A stretch of 64,000 nucleotides of DNA. Origin: Paraspadella gotoi. Taxonomy: Eukaryota; Animalia; Chaetognatha. Every line of letters begins with the position of its first letter. Position 1 is the stretch's first letter. A program made the position numbers and the translations under genes. The DNA lies in NCBI GenBank assembly GCA_051294375.1, contig CM119265.1:14856963-14920962 (forward strand), written 5' to 3'. The notes beneath the pieces were generated by a model. That model was not told the origin of the DNA. It saw only the letters and a list, made by a program, of their open reading frames with translations, and searched no databases. Below are positions 63,828-64,000 of this stretch, one piece after another.

Positions 63828-64000
63828 TAGATTCCTCCATAAATTTTTAAATTTGTCAGAACGTTTTTCTCTTTTTTTTCCATATTTTTTTGACACGCTA
63901 AACGTTTCTCTGATTACACAAAATTTCATGAAAAAAATAAAAAAATAATAGTACCAATAGTTAGTGTTATGTCTCGAATAGATGGAAAAAAACCTCGTTT
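63828..64000. repeat. Second copy of the 58618-58793 interspersed repeat (truncated by window end)
   Basis: Direct sequence match. Confidence 0.85.

Overview
Intron-rich, microsatellite-rich animal (metazoan) genomic scaffold; the genes are spliced, so the ORF track shows only fragments. The left ~25 kb is mostly low-complexity DNA with N gaps and noisy direct or inverted self-copies, most likely long-read gap-fill artefacts. The right half is clean. It holds a minus-strand BCAP/BANK1/Dof (PIK3AP1-like) adaptor gene (TIR-like, DBB, ankyrin, YxxM; 29272-32283) and the 3' part of a minus-strand ANKS1/Odin-like gene (SAM-SAM-PTB; stop at 39255, 5' end apparently beyond the window). A 9.26-kb intron that splits the second SAM domain (43833-53087) contains two complete nested genes. 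One is a same-strand, Cys-rich FAM166/CIMIP2-like ciliary protein. The other, the most notable feature, is an opposite-strand 7-exon gene for a 437-aa bacterial-looking protein with an intact CxxCH motif and a cytochrome P460/c'-beta-like motif order, including a Lys at the P460 cross-link position. It is a candidate horizontally acquired, intron-bearing c-type heme protein in an animal. Several foldback/MITE elements and minisatellites are also present. All gene models were spliced by hand; no database searches were run.
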